Source: Candidatus Altimarinota bacterium (GTDB lineage: Bacteria > Patescibacteriota > Gracilibacteria > UBA4473). From it: 64,000 bases of DNA. The stretch is from NCBI GenBank assembly GCA_965231215.1, contig OZ246423.1:256001-320000 (forward strand). Reading direction: 5' to 3'. A program made the translations under genes and the position numbers. Below, piece by piece: positions 30,123 through 39,700 of this stretch (position 1 is the first letter of the stretch; every line of letters begins with the position of its first letter). The notes under the pieces are model-generated. The model was given only the letters and a program-made list of their open reading frames with translations, ran no database searches and was not told the DNA's origin.

Positions 30123-30148
30123 AAAAAAAAACGGCCGAAGCCGTTTTT
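30123..30148 (-). terminator. Rho-independent terminator after rplT
   Basis: A9-cggc-cgaa-gccg-T5. Confidence 0.8.
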
Positions 30149-30172
30149 AGTTAACTCTTAGTATTTAAGTTC

Positions 30173-30526
30173 TTATTTTGCTTTCTTAGCAATATCAGCA
30201 ATCTTATCAAATACCTTTGGATAGTGAATAGCCATTTCAGAAAGGTTTTTTCGGTCTACTTCCATCTGGGCATGAAGCCAAGCATTTTTAGCTCGAGAAT
30301 AGGTAAGCCCTCTTTCTTTAAGCGCGGCAGAAATACGACCAATCCATAAGGCCCGCATGTCTCGTTTTTTTTGCTTTCGTCCTTTGTAAGCATTTTGACC
30401 CGCTTTCATAACCGCTTGCATAGCCAAGCGAAAAACTGAGTTTCTTTTACCTCGATATCCTTTAGCGGCTTTCACCACTTTTTTATGTCTCGCTCTGGCT
30501 GCCGGTCCTCCTTTTACCCGTACCAT
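30173..30526 (-). CDS. rplT: 50S ribosomal protein L20
   Basis: [30 protein letters not shown]. Confidence 0.97.
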   Translation of the reverse strand: MVRVKGGPAARARHKKVVKAAKGYRGKRNSVFRLAMQAVMKAGQNAYKGRKQKKRDMRALWIGRISAALKERGLTYSRAKNAWLHAQMEVDRKNLSEMAIHYPKVFDKIADIAKKAK

Positions 30527-30723
30527 TATTTACTGATTTTAAGTAGTCTAGAAAGCATTTTCATGTGCCCTTTCGGAGCCACAACTCCGTTTCTGTCGCC
30601 TTTGAGAGCTCGTTTGTTTTTAGAGCTAAGAAGATGGTTTTTACAAGACTTTTGAAAAACTACCTTCCCTGAACCCGTTACACGAGTTCTTTTTTTGGTT
30701 CCAGAATGGGTTTTTTGCTTCAT
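30526..30723 (-). CDS. rpmI: 50S ribosomal protein L35
   Basis: [23 protein letters not shown]; lies between infC and rplT. Confidence 0.95.
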   Translation of the reverse strand: MKQKTHSGTKKRTRVTGSGKVVFQKSCKNHLLSSKNKRALKGDRNGVVAPKGHMKMLSRLLKISK

Positions 30724-30936
30724 AGTAATTTGTATAGCCGCCGGAATTTAGAGAAATTGGAAAACTTGTCAAACAAATATTTGTCCAATAACAAAGAAGC
30801 CAAAAAGGTTTACATAAGTTTTCAGGAAATGTTTTTGAACGAGGCGGCAAAGAAAAATTTTAATAAGTCGTAGTGCTCTCCTACGACGCATGAATTTTTC
30901 TGCAGCAAACAAAGTTCAAAGCATTTACCGGGAACT

Positions 30937-31506
30937 TTATCCTTTCTTTTGGGGCTTTAGAACCGCAATAATCTGAAACCCTCCCAATTTCGGCTCTTGT
31001 TCAACAATTCCAAATTCAGAGAGAGAGGCCAAGAAAGCTTTCATTTTTTCAATCGCGAGGTCTTTGTGGGCTTTTTCTCGTCCACGCATTACCATTTGAA
31101 CTCTCACAGGATGGCCTGTAGTCAAAAACTCTTCTGCACGGACTCTTTGCCGTTCTAAGTCTCCTACCCCAATCCTAAAACTCAGACGAATTCCCTTCAT
31201 CTCGTAACCCTTTGAAGCTTTTTTCTGAGCCTGATCTTTCTTTTTTTGTTCGTACAAAAACTTACCAAAGTCGATAATTTTACACACAGGGGGGTCGGCT
31301 TTGGGTGAGATTTCCACTAAATCTAGTTCGAGTTCTTTCGCTTTTCCAAGCGCTTCTGCCGTACTCATAACGCCAAGCATCTCACCGCTATCGGTAACTA
31401 CTCGCACCTTGGGAGCTCTGATACGTTCATTGGTTCTTTCTTTTGGCTGGAACTTCGGTCCCCGCTTTCCTTTATTTCTCCGACCGCCACGAAATGAGAT
31501 TGCTAT
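30937..31506 (-). CDS. infC: Translation initiation factor IF-3, non-canonical start (ATA 31506 or ATC 31500)
   Basis: LDLVEISPKADPPVCKIIDFGK; the conserved NERIRAPKVR lies upstream of the track's GTG, with no ATG/GTG/TTG in frame before the TGA at 31531-33. Confidence 0.93.
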   Translation of the reverse strand: MAISFRGGRRNKGKRGPKFQPKERTNERIRAPKVRVVTDSGEMLGVMSTAEALGKAKELELDLVEISPKADPPVCKIIDFGKFLYEQKKKDQAQKKASKGYEMKGIRLSFRIGVGDLERQRVRAEEFLTTGHPVRVQMVMRGREKAHKDLAIEKMKAFLASLSEFGIVEQEPKLGGFQIIAVLKPQKKG

Positions 31507-31618
31507 GGTAAAGTAATAATTTAAAAATCCTCAGGATTGTATTTCCTAACGGCCTTTTGTCAAATTCACCAAGCACAATACTAGACACTCTGCTCTCGTG
31601 TCTATAAACTTAAAGGCG

Positions 31619-32281
31619 ATGCTAAAAACACCTATTTTCATTACCAATTTTAAAAATTATGAGCAAGCCACAGGCAATAACGCTGTAAAACTAGCGCTTA
31701 TTCACCAAAAAGTGGCGGAAGATACTGGGGTCTCTCTTGGGGTAGCGGTCTCTAGTTTTGATCTACATAGAGTCAGTCAAGCCGTTTCTATCCCCGTTTT
31801 TGCTCAACACCTGGATCCTATAGATTACGGGAGTTTCACTGGACATAACTTGGCTCAAAATGCCAAAAATTCTGGAGCTATTGGAACCCTGATTAATCAC
31901 TCAGAACGACGTGTTGAAACCGACATTATGACCAACATTTTGGCTTGTGCTCAAAAATCGAGTCTCATGCGAATAGTCTGTGCCGAAGATCCAGAAGAGA
32001 TTGAAACCTTCGCTCAGCTCGACCCAGACTTTCTGGCCTTTGAACCCCCTGAACTCATCGGAAGCAGTGCTAAATCTGTAGCCACAGAAGAGCCTAAATC
32101 TATTGCCGAATCGGTAGAAGTCAGTGGTGGCATTCCCCTCCTTGTAGGCGCTGGAATCAGTACGCCAAAAGACATTGAAGTCAGCCTTAAACTCGGAGCC
32201 AAAGGCTTCCTTGTAGCCAGCGCGGTAGTAAAGGCAAGCAACCCACAAAAGAAGCTTAGAGAACTCGTAGCCGCCTTTTAG
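31619..32281 (+). CDS. tpiA: Triosephosphate isomerase, short archaeal type
   Basis: NFKNY, FAQHLD, LINHSERR, AFEPPELIG, LVGAGI, LVASAVVKA; about 220 aa. Confidence 0.93.
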   Translation: MLKTPIFITNFKNYEQATGNNAVKLALIHQKVAEDTGVSLGVAVSSFDLHRVSQAVSIPVFAQHLDPIDYGSFTGHNLAQNAKNSGAIGTLINHSERRVETDIMTNILACAQKSSLMRIVCAEDPEEIETFAQLDPDFLAFEPPELIGSSAKSVATEEPKSIAESVEVSGGIPLLVGAGISTPKDIEVSLKLGAKGFLVASAVVKASNPQKKLRELVAAF

Positions 32282-32323
32282 GAAGCTAAAAGAATTTATT
32301 AGCACATTAACAAACTAACTCTC

Positions 32324-32650
32324 ATGAAATCCAAAGCTCAAAAATTCACCTCCCAAAACGCCTGGCTCTACTATATCTTTGGTGGCAGTGTGCTGGTGTA
32401 TTTTTGGCTGACTAAAGAGTTTATTATCTGGACTCTCAATTACGGAGATACCGACAGCACCATCCAACTCTACATGTACACCATCGGAGTCATCTGGCTA
32501 CTATCTGTATTCTTTAACTGGATTGAACTTAAAAAATTCCTCAACACCTGGTGGCCAGGGGTGTTACTAGCAATATTCCCACTCCTCATAATCCCACTAG
32601 TTCTCCTGGTTCTCTTTGGGCTTCATTTAGTAGAAATCTGGCTTCAGTAG
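32324..32650 (+). CDS. Small membrane protein (3 TM)
   Basis: Hydrophobic segments; ATG start after tpiA. Confidence 0.55.
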   Translation: MKSKAQKFTSQNAWLYYIFGGSVLVYFWLTKEFIIWTLNYGDTDSTIQLYMYTIGVIWLLSVFFNWIELKKFLNTWWPGVLLAIFPLLIIPLVLLVLFGLHLVEIWLQ

Positions 32651-34302
32651 ACTACGTCTAATTTTATCTGATCAGTCAGATGCGGAAGATTATTCACCCA
32701 GAATGGGGTAATCGTCATTTTTACCACTGATTCAATTTCTGGATGATTGACAAGCATACCTCGAGCTTCACTTGCACTTTTCCCTAAGATTTCTTTTTTC
32801 AGCAACTGCTGCCAGTCTCGAGCAAACTGGTTTTGAGCTTCAAAGTCCAGGGTCTCTACTCCGCCCATAGTCACCGACAACTTCACCCATCCCTTTTCCA
32901 CAAAATCTTCCGTTTCTAACACTCTATATTCAACGGTATTTTGGTCTATTTCAATAATCTTCTTACGGTGGTCTTGGTTTTCTTTTATTTTTTCAGACAG
33001 GATTTTAACAATTGCAGACTGATCAAACACCAACCCCGACATTTTCAAAGCCCCCTTGACTTCAAATGCCTGCAGGGGTTGTCCGGTTTGCGTATCATCA
33101 TATTCATAAGACAGTAACTCTGAAGTGAGCAACTCCCCTTGCTCTAACAATATATAAGCCTTGTCTTCACGATCACTTCGTTTGGCCAGTTCTTCTTTCA
33201 GATTTTCGGTCGCTCGAATTCTAAACGAGTCTTCTAATATCGGTTGGGCTAGTTCTGCATCCGTCTCCCCTACAAAATAATTCGTGAGCGTTGACCCTCC
33301 TACTAGTGGCCCCTGGTTGGCTTTGGCATAATAGAGTTCCCGAGTTTCTTTACGGAGTGCCGGGAAATAGAGTTCTGTTCCCGCATCAATATTTCCACGC
33401 GATCCAATGGGTTTTTCATCGGCGTCATACTCAAATGCTATGACTTCTACTGTCGCTTCACCAGGCTTCCCTTCAACTCGAGGTGGCACCGTCACATCTC
33501 CCTGCATCTGCAAAATCACTCCATCTTCAGACGCTAAGCGTGAAGGCAGTAAGTATTTGGGTTCTTCGGTTTCATTAAAGATCGTCACCTTTCCCCGAGC
33601 ATTCGTTAGTTCATAGGTTCTTCCCGTCGAAGGGAAAGTTTGCGTATCGCTCACTTCAGTCTCTACTCTGATCCCCTGGATCTTTGGCAGGTTTTTATCA
33701 CTCGACGCAAACTGGGCATCTGGTAGTCCTACCACAATGTTTTGGGTTACTTCTGAAGTAGATATCCGAGGTTTGATCACAATTTCTGCCTGAGGCGAAA
33801 TAACAAAAAACACACTCCCCAATCCTCCAATAATAATCAGTAACACAAAGAAATACACTCCCCTCAGAGACTTTTCCTGCGTGAGGTTTTCAATCTTACG
33901 GGTCAAAAATTGAGGTTTGGACGTGTTTTGAACCTTGGGTTTGGCGTCTATTTTTTTGGCTTCAAACACATTCTTTTGCGCCTCTATTTTTCCAAAAAAA
34001 TGACTCAAACTTTGCCCCTCAACCCCCTCATATTCCTCGGGTTCATATCCCTGAACGGTAAATTTATGCTTATTAAGACACTGGTGAAAATATGTTTTTG
34101 GGGTTACGAAGATGATATTCTTTTTAGATTTCAGAACCGCTTGCCGTAACCGTTTCAAAAAAACCAATTCAGTAATGAGTAAAAAATCCCTATCCACTAT
34201 AAAACATATATCGGTACTTTCAGTAGTTTTCAAAAATGTCAAAACATCCGCCGCGGTATTACCCGACTTGAGGTGAATTTTGAGTTTTTGATTTTTTTTC
34301 AT
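32644..34302 (-). CDS. Membrane-anchored protein with a baseplate-J-like extracellular region
   Basis: Single TM then PQAEIVIKP, ARGKVTIFN, GNIDAGT, ITPFWVNNLP; resembles chromosomal CPR baseplate J/gp47-like proteins. Confidence 0.55.
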   Translation of the reverse strand: MKKNQKLKIHLKSGNTAADVLTFLKTTESTDICFIVDRDFLLITELVFLKRLRQAVLKSKKNIIFVTPKTYFHQCLNKHKFTVQGYEPEEYEGVEGQSLSHFFGKIEAQKNVFEAKKIDAKPKVQNTSKPQFLTRKIENLTQEKSLRGVYFFVLLIIIGGLGSVFFVISPQAEIVIKPRISTSEVTQNIVVGLPDAQFASSDKNLPKIQGIRVETEVSDTQTFPSTGRTYELTNARGKVTIFNETEEPKYLLPSRLASEDGVILQMQGDVTVPPRVEGKPGEATVEVIAFEYDADEKPIGSRGNIDAGTELYFPALRKETRELYYAKANQGPLVGGSTLTNYFVGETDAELAQPILEDSFRIRATENLKEELAKRSDREDKAYILLEQGELLTSELLSYEYDDTQTGQPLQAFEVKGALKMSGLVFDQSAIVKILSEKIKENQDHRKKIIEIDQNTVEYRVLETEDFVEKGWVKLSVTMGGVETLDFEAQNQFARDWQQLLKKEILGKSASEARGMLVNHPEIESVVKMTITPFWVNNLPHLTDQIKLDVVY

Positions 34303-34380
34303 CGCGTCATTCAAGGTAATAAAGTGGTCTGAAATTGCAATGGCTTGAGATGATAATTTTTTTACACATTTTTACTTGAC

Positions 34381-34394
34381 TTAGGTATACCTAA
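34381..34394. promoter_or_regulatory. DtxR/MntR-type operator within a promoter spacer
   Basis: Perfect palindrome ttaggtatacctaa immediately at/after TTGACT (34376-81). Confidence 0.65.
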
Positions 34395-34426
34395 AAATAA
34401 GGTGTGCACATAAGTTCAATAAAAAT

Positions 34427-34441
34427 TTGCAACTCAGTTGC
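34427..34441. promoter_or_regulatory. Candidate Zur box
   Basis: ttgcaactcagttgc, identical to 39649-39663 in front of COG0523-zur. Confidence 0.65.
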
Positions 34442-34485
34442 ATTTAACTATTTTCTTTCTGAATTTTTTAAATCTTATTCCAGCC

Positions 34486-35034
34486 ATGACTAACATTTCT
34501 GTTCCATGTACAAATAGCTGTGACGCAGCTACAAACTGCCCAGTAAAAGCTTTAAATTCCTTCAAACCTTTAGATCCTGATAAAGAAAGCGTTGTTTTGG
34601 GAATGCTATCTACTACAGAACAAATTCATTCACTGCTTGAAGAAATGGGCCAAGACCCTGAGCATGGTGATGAAATTCAAGTTTTACTATCTAAACCTTG
34701 CTCTGGCACTAATTCTTGCGGTCATAAATGTGATGCACATGAATTAGGTCATCATGGAGATGCCGTTAAAGTTGATGAACGTTCTGAACATATCTGCGAT
34801 CCAGAAAGTCTTCAAGAATTAGCTGATGCTATTGGTAGAATTATAGCTAACTGTACTGACCACGATCATGTACACCAATTAAAAACATCCCTAGACAGTT
34901 TAAGAAGCTTCATTTCTCAACTTAGAGCTATTCGTGAATGCACAAGAAAATTATGTGCATATGCTAAAGATCCAGGAGACCCTTTTCCATCTGCCCCAGA
35001 ATTTAGTGCTAGTCAGCTTCCTAAAGATTTCTAA
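34486..35034 (+). CDS. Cys/His-rich hypothetical protein (possible metal-binding)
   Basis: CTNSC..C, CSGTNSCGHKCDAHELGHHG, HIC, CTDHDHVH; ATG at 34486 (track start 34438). Confidence 0.65.
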   Translation: MTNISVPCTNSCDAATNCPVKALNSFKPLDPDKESVVLGMLSTTEQIHSLLEEMGQDPEHGDEIQVLLSKPCSGTNSCGHKCDAHELGHHGDAVKVDERSEHICDPESLQELADAIGRIIANCTDHDHVHQLKTSLDSLRSFISQLRAIRECTRKLCAYAKDPGDPFPSAPEFSASQLPKDF

Positions 35035-35048
35035 TTTTAACTTAAAAA

Positions 35049-38000
35049 GTGGGACTAGATAACCCAGAAGTCAAAAAGGAAAGTCTAACGATCATCCTTG
35101 ACGAAACTTTGAATAAAGGTAAGCATTTTTCATTGAAAAATGTTTATGAAGCCGTTAAAGAAAAAGATGGCAAGACTCCAAACGCAGAAAGATGTTTAGC
35201 TGCTATTCCGTTCTTTATTAATGGACTAAATTTCAAAGGACGTTTAGGTGATGTTTCTGGTAAAGAACTAGCTTCATTTATAGAAGAAAATCCTGATTCA
35301 GTTCTTAGCAAATTTGTCAGTCTAGGCGCTATTGATACAAAGGAAGAAACTCCACAAGAAAAAATCCAAGAATTCTATGCAAAAGAGCTTGAAGCTATCT
35401 ATAAAATTGTAGCCAAACAAAAACAAGGGGGGGAAAGGGTTAAATCTAAAGATATTGCAGAATATTTACGAAGTACAAGAGACCCAGAAAAAATTGCCTT
35501 AGCTGAACTACTAGAAAAAGAAGAAGCTATAAGCAAACCTAAATGGTTAGCTTTTTCGACTCAGAAAGAAGTGCAGTACAACCAAAAAGAAACTCTTTCT
35601 ATCACTGCGTTTTCCGGCTCTATCGACACCAAATATCCAGGACTATGGAACAACATTACAGAGCTAGTAACCCAGTTCCAAAAAGATCATCCAGAATACG
35701 GTCATCCCACCAAAACAGAGTACTTTATCAAAAAATTCACCGAGATTAAAAAATCTCGTGAAGCTGAATACAACGCGGCAGAGACCCGTGCTATTGATAC
35801 CTTCCTTACAAACCTTCCAGATAACCTCTGGGGAGATTTGGATAAAGCCGTAGCCGAATTCCAAAAAAATAATCCCCGCTTCACCGGCCCTAAACAAGCC
35901 GAGTATTTTAAACGCGTCATGCAAGAGCGCATTGATAAATACAATGCCGAAGAAACCAAAGCTATTGATGACTACTTAAATAATCTAGCGGTTGATGATC
36001 CACTCTGGAGTGACCCAGAAAAAGCCGCTCAAGCCTTCCATGCGGCCAACAGCAAGTTCGCTGGCAAACACAAAGTAGACTACTTCAAAGAACGATTAGA
36101 AGCCGCCAAGCTCAAAAACCGCGAAGCCTTCAACACCGCTGAAAACAAAAAACTAGATGCCTTCTTTGACACCCTAAGTGTAGAAGAACAAGACCAGCCA
36201 AACCTAGTCCTACAAAAATTCCAAGCCCTCAATCCAGAATACAGAGATGCAAATAAAGCTCAGTACGTCAAAAATCGTCTAACCGAATACAGAAAATCAA
36301 AAGAAGCACTCTTTAATGCGGAAGAAAACCAAGCTATTGATAGCTTCCTTTCCAACGCAGAAAGAAGCAATCTTTCACTCTTTGATAATCCTGAGCAAGC
36401 CGCAAACCAATACCAGTCTCAGACCAAATTTAAAGGCGCCGCTAAAGCCCAGTACTTTAAAACCAAGCTTGAAGCCAAGCGCAAAGAAGTCTTTAAATCT
36501 CAAAGTGAAAGCTTTGCCAGCATAGCCAATTCTCTAGGTGATCCAGAGATCAGCGCCGCTATGATCGCCTCATTTGAGTTTGTAAATTCATTAGAGGTTC
36601 GAGGTAATTACCTCAACGGGCAAGGCAGCGAAAGTATTAAAGCCAAAGTCGCCCAATACAAACCACTCATCGGCAAAATCAAAGCCCAAGAGCCAGAGCT
36701 ACTGGAGCGCAGTAAAGCCTTCCCAGAGCTGGCCCAAATGCTCACCCAAGAAAGCACCCAATACCAAAACGGTAAAAAGGTTTATAACAGCAGCTTCTAT
36801 TCTCCACGAAAGTATGCGGAATTCTTAGACCAATTCCAGGCTCAACTCACCGCCAAAGAAACCTTAGAAAACCAAGAAAAAACTCAAGCCCTCAGTATTA
36901 TTTCACAAAAGAGTCTCAAAGACGCTCCACAAATCCGCCTTCAAAATCCTACTTACGAAGCTTTTACCGGGCAGCTCAAAAAGGCTGGGTTTTATGGCCT
37001 CAAAAAAGAACTCTACCAAGATCCAGAAATCAGGCAGGCCATCGCCAGTAAAAACCGAGAAATATACCAACACTGGCTTAGTGAGCAAGAAAAACACATT
37101 GATAAAAATAAAGTTCAGGAAACCAACGAAACCAAAGCCGCCGTTAGCATCGTCAACCGTAGAACCCTCAAAGATATCCCAGATATTCCGGCTGGCACTA
37201 AAATGGACTACAACCAGTTTAGAGATCATCTGAAAAAGAATCGGTTCTACAACATCAAACCCGAACTTTACGAAAAAGAAGCCGTCCGCAACGCTATCGC
37301 GGATAAAAATAGAGCCCTCTTTCTCGAATGGCGAAAAGACCACGAGGTCAATACCAAATTTGGGATGGCTCAAATCCAAAAAGCCCAACTCCCAAAGAAC
37401 CTCCCCCAAAATCTGGATAAACAAGCCTTTATCAAAACCCTTGGCATTGATAAAAACTTTTATGGTATCCCAGATCATGTCTATGACCTTCCAGAAGTCA
37501 AAGCCACAGCCTGGGCCAGAACCGATCAACTGTTTGCCCTGTATGAAGCCTCAAGTGACCAACCAACTCCAGAAAATGTCCTAGACCAACAAGCCCTTAA
37601 CGATCATCAAAAATTTGTGAACACCGTTGATCAGTTTGGACGAGCCGCACTCCAAAAGCCTACTGAATTCACTACCTACGAAGACTTTGAAAAAGCCTTC
37701 TTCTTGGCGCATCCAGACCAAAAAGCCCTATTCCTTGACCCTAAAACTTATAAAGAATTACTCCAAAAACAATGGAACATCATTGATAACCTCAATGCCA
37801 AATCTGACCTAGAAAAAGCCCGACAAGAAGAATCAGAAACGGCTCTTGAACTTGAGAATCTAAGTCCTGAAGACACCGAAAATCCGGATAAATACGAACC
37901 TATACCAGATCAATACAACGTTAACTGGAGACGATTTGGCCAAAGACTTTCGCCCCAAGAACAGATGAAAGGGATGGATAGATTTATGCGTATTCATAAC

Positions 38001-39632
38001 AGACCAGAGACCGGCCTGCAAAACCTAATGCAGCACTTTCACCAACCCCTAGCTGGGTTTATTTTGGAAGCTTTGGCCGTCATCCCTCAAGACAAATTCG
38101 ATATCCTAATGCAGAAGATGAAAGAAACTTCTGTCCGTTCAGGCAGTCAAGAAGACGCCCAAAACTGGCTACACGTATTCTGTGAAAATATTGGTATGAG
38201 CTACCTAGCCAAAGAAACACCAGAAGCCTTTACAGAAATGAAGCAAAACTACCAAACACGATTCAGCAGTAGCTTTGAAAACGATGCCAAATCTAGAACC
38301 GAAGAAGCCGAAGCTGAAGACGAAATAGTAGATATAGCGCCTGAAAATGAAGAAGCTGATCTAGAAGCCCTAGAAGATGAAATTGTACCAGAAATACTGG
38401 ACGAAGACGCAGATGATCTAGAGGCTCCAGCAGATGAATTAGATCCAGAGATTGATGAACCTATACTTGATGAAGATAGTGAAGCACTTGAAATCCCAGA
38501 ATCCGAAACCCCTGATCTAAAAACACCAGTCGAAGAAATGGCAGATGAAGAATTAGATAAAGTTGAAGGTGAAATCCTCACCCCAGAAACCGATCACAAC
38601 ATCATTGAGCCAAACCTGACTGAATTTGATCATGAAGCACAAGAACTCCAAACCGACGAGCAAATTGAAGACGTTGATATCATGGAAGACGCTGAAGTGG
38701 AAGCTGACAGCATCCTAGAGGACGATGAAATAGAAACTCTACTCGAAGAAGAACTCGCTGAAGGTGAAGACATCCAAGACCAAGACAGAGAAGCAATGTC
38801 TGAAATCCTCAATGATGAAATGGAAGCCGAAGAAGCCCTCACCGATGACACTGAAAGTGCAGACATCACCGATGAAGCACCAGTAGCCGATCTAGAAACT
38901 ATAGATGAAGATCTAGCCGACCAAGCACTTGAAGCTCAAGATAATGAAACCGAAACTGTAGACCAAGAACCAGAACTCATTGATGAGGTGGAAGAAACAC
39001 TAAAAGCCCAAGAAGAAGCCGCTCAAGCCGTTGAAAAAGCAGAACAAAGACGAAAAGAAATTATTGCTCAGGCCTTTGATAAATTCTTAGAAGAAAACTG
39101 GCAGCAACAAGCCGCAGAGCGAAATAGTACTCTTACTCGAATGCAGGTAGCCGAAAACATGCGATTCCAAGAAGAAATAGAAGCACCACAAGAAACCGCT
39201 ACCCAACTTAAAGAATCTGAAACCAGCGAACGTCCAGTTATGACCGACCCAATCGCTCAGATTAGGCTACAAACGCACATGCGTCAGTTCTATGCCATGA
39301 ATGAAGAACAAATGCACTTCTACACCAATCTGTTTGTTGAAATGCACTTCCAAGGCGACTACCAACAAATCGGCAAACTACTCCAAAAAACTAAAAGCTA
39401 CGCCCAATTCGCTCTAAACTTAGGCATTAAATTAAACATTGATCCATCCATTTTCCATCAAGAGATTACCGGTGACTCAGCCAGAGAAATCTTTAACGCA
39501 ATAGTCTCAGAGCTACATAAAACAAGAGCGAAAAAAGGTATTTTGATTACCGCTAAACCAGGAGTAATAACCTTAAACATCGGAAGTCAAAAGAGCCAGT
39601 ACACATTTAAAGCCGAAACCTTAGAGGCTTAA
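35049..39632 (+). CDS. Large hypothetical helical-repeat protein with an acidic region (1527 aa)
   Basis: Long open frame; five ~60-aa repeats, three ~70-aa repeats and a D/E-rich segment. Confidence 0.75.
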   Translation: MGLDNPEVKKESLTIILDETLNKGKHFSLKNVYEAVKEKDGKTPNAERCLAAIPFFINGLNFKGRLGDVSGKELASFIEENPDSVLSKFVSLGAIDTKEETPQEKIQEFYAKELEAIYKIVAKQKQGGERVKSKDIAEYLRSTRDPEKIALAELLEKEEAISKPKWLAFSTQKEVQYNQKETLSITAFSGSIDTKYPGLWNNITELVTQFQKDHPEYGHPTKTEYFIKKFTEIKKSREAEYNAAETRAIDTFLTNLPDNLWGDLDKAVAEFQKNNPRFTGPKQAEYFKRVMQERIDKYNAEETKAIDDYLNNLAVDDPLWSDPEKAAQAFHAANSKFAGKHKVDYFKERLEAAKLKNREAFNTAENKKLDAFFDTLSVEEQDQPNLVLQKFQALNPEYRDANKAQYVKNRLTEYRKSKEALFNAEENQAIDSFLSNAERSNLSLFDNPEQAANQYQSQTKFKGAAKAQYFKTKLEAKRKEVFKSQSESFASIANSLGDPEISAAMIASFEFVNSLEVRGNYLNGQGSESIKAKVAQYKPLIGKIKAQEPELLERSKAFPELAQMLTQESTQYQNGKKVYNSSFYSPRKYAEFLDQFQAQLTAKETLENQEKTQALSIISQKSLKDAPQIRLQNPTYEAFTGQLKKAGFYGLKKELYQDPEIRQAIASKNREIYQHWLSEQEKHIDKNKVQETNETKAAVSIVNRRTLKDIPDIPAGTKMDYNQFRDHLKKNRFYNIKPELYEKEAVRNAIADKNRALFLEWRKDHEVNTKFGMAQIQKAQLPKNLPQNLDKQAFIKTLGIDKNFYGIPDHVYDLPEVKATAWARTDQLFALYEASSDQPTPENVLDQQALNDHQKFVNTVDQFGRAALQKPTEFTTYEDFEKAFFLAHPDQKALFLDPKTYKELLQKQWNIIDNLNAKSDLEKARQEESETALELENLSPEDTENPDKYEPIPDQYNVNWRRFGQRLSPQEQMKGMDRFMRIHNRPETGLQNLMQHFHQPLAGFILEALAVIPQDKFDILMQKMKETSVRSGSQEDAQNWLHVFCENIGMSYLAKETPEAFTEMKQNYQTRFSSSFENDAKSRTEEAEAEDEIVDIAPENEEADLEALEDEIVPEILDEDADDLEAPADELDPEIDEPILDEDSEALEIPESETPDLKTPVEEMADEELDKVEGEILTPETDHNIIEPNLTEFDHEAQELQTDEQIEDVDIMEDAEVEADSILEDDEIETLLEEELAEGEDIQDQDREAMSEILNDEMEAEEALTDDTESADITDEAPVADLETIDEDLADQALEAQDNETETVDQEPELIDEVEETLKAQEEAAQAVEKAEQRRKEIIAQAFDKFLEENWQQQAAERNSTLTRMQVAENMRFQEEIEAPQETATQLKESETSERPVMTDPIAQIRLQTHMRQFYAMNEEQMHFYTNLFVEMHFQGDYQQIGKLLQKTKSYAQFALNLGIKLNIDPSIFHQEITGDSAREIFNAIVSELHKTRAKKGILITAKPGVITLNIGSQKSQYTFKAETLEA

Positions 39633-39648
39633 TTTCAATAATATCGCC

Positions 39649-39663
39649 TTGCAACTCAGTTGC
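39649..39663. promoter_or_regulatory. Candidate Zur box
   Basis: GCAAC-N3-GTTGC palindrome upstream of the COG0523 GTPase and zur. Confidence 0.7.
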
Positions 39664-39700
39664 TTTTAAATATAAATTTTACAAAAAATATTTATTGTGA

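Noticed and set aside
30724-30936. L20-leader-like RNA between infC and rpmI (gccgcc/ggcggc pairing, gtcgtag/ctacgac hairpin)
   Set aside because: No recognisable match to known L20 leaders; a TTGACA-16-TAAATT promoter candidate (30745-30772) explains the spacer equally well.
32644-34302. Prophage or contractile-tail locus suggested by the baseplate-J-like gene
   Set aside because: Solitary membrane-anchored gene among housekeeping genes, with no other phage structural genes.
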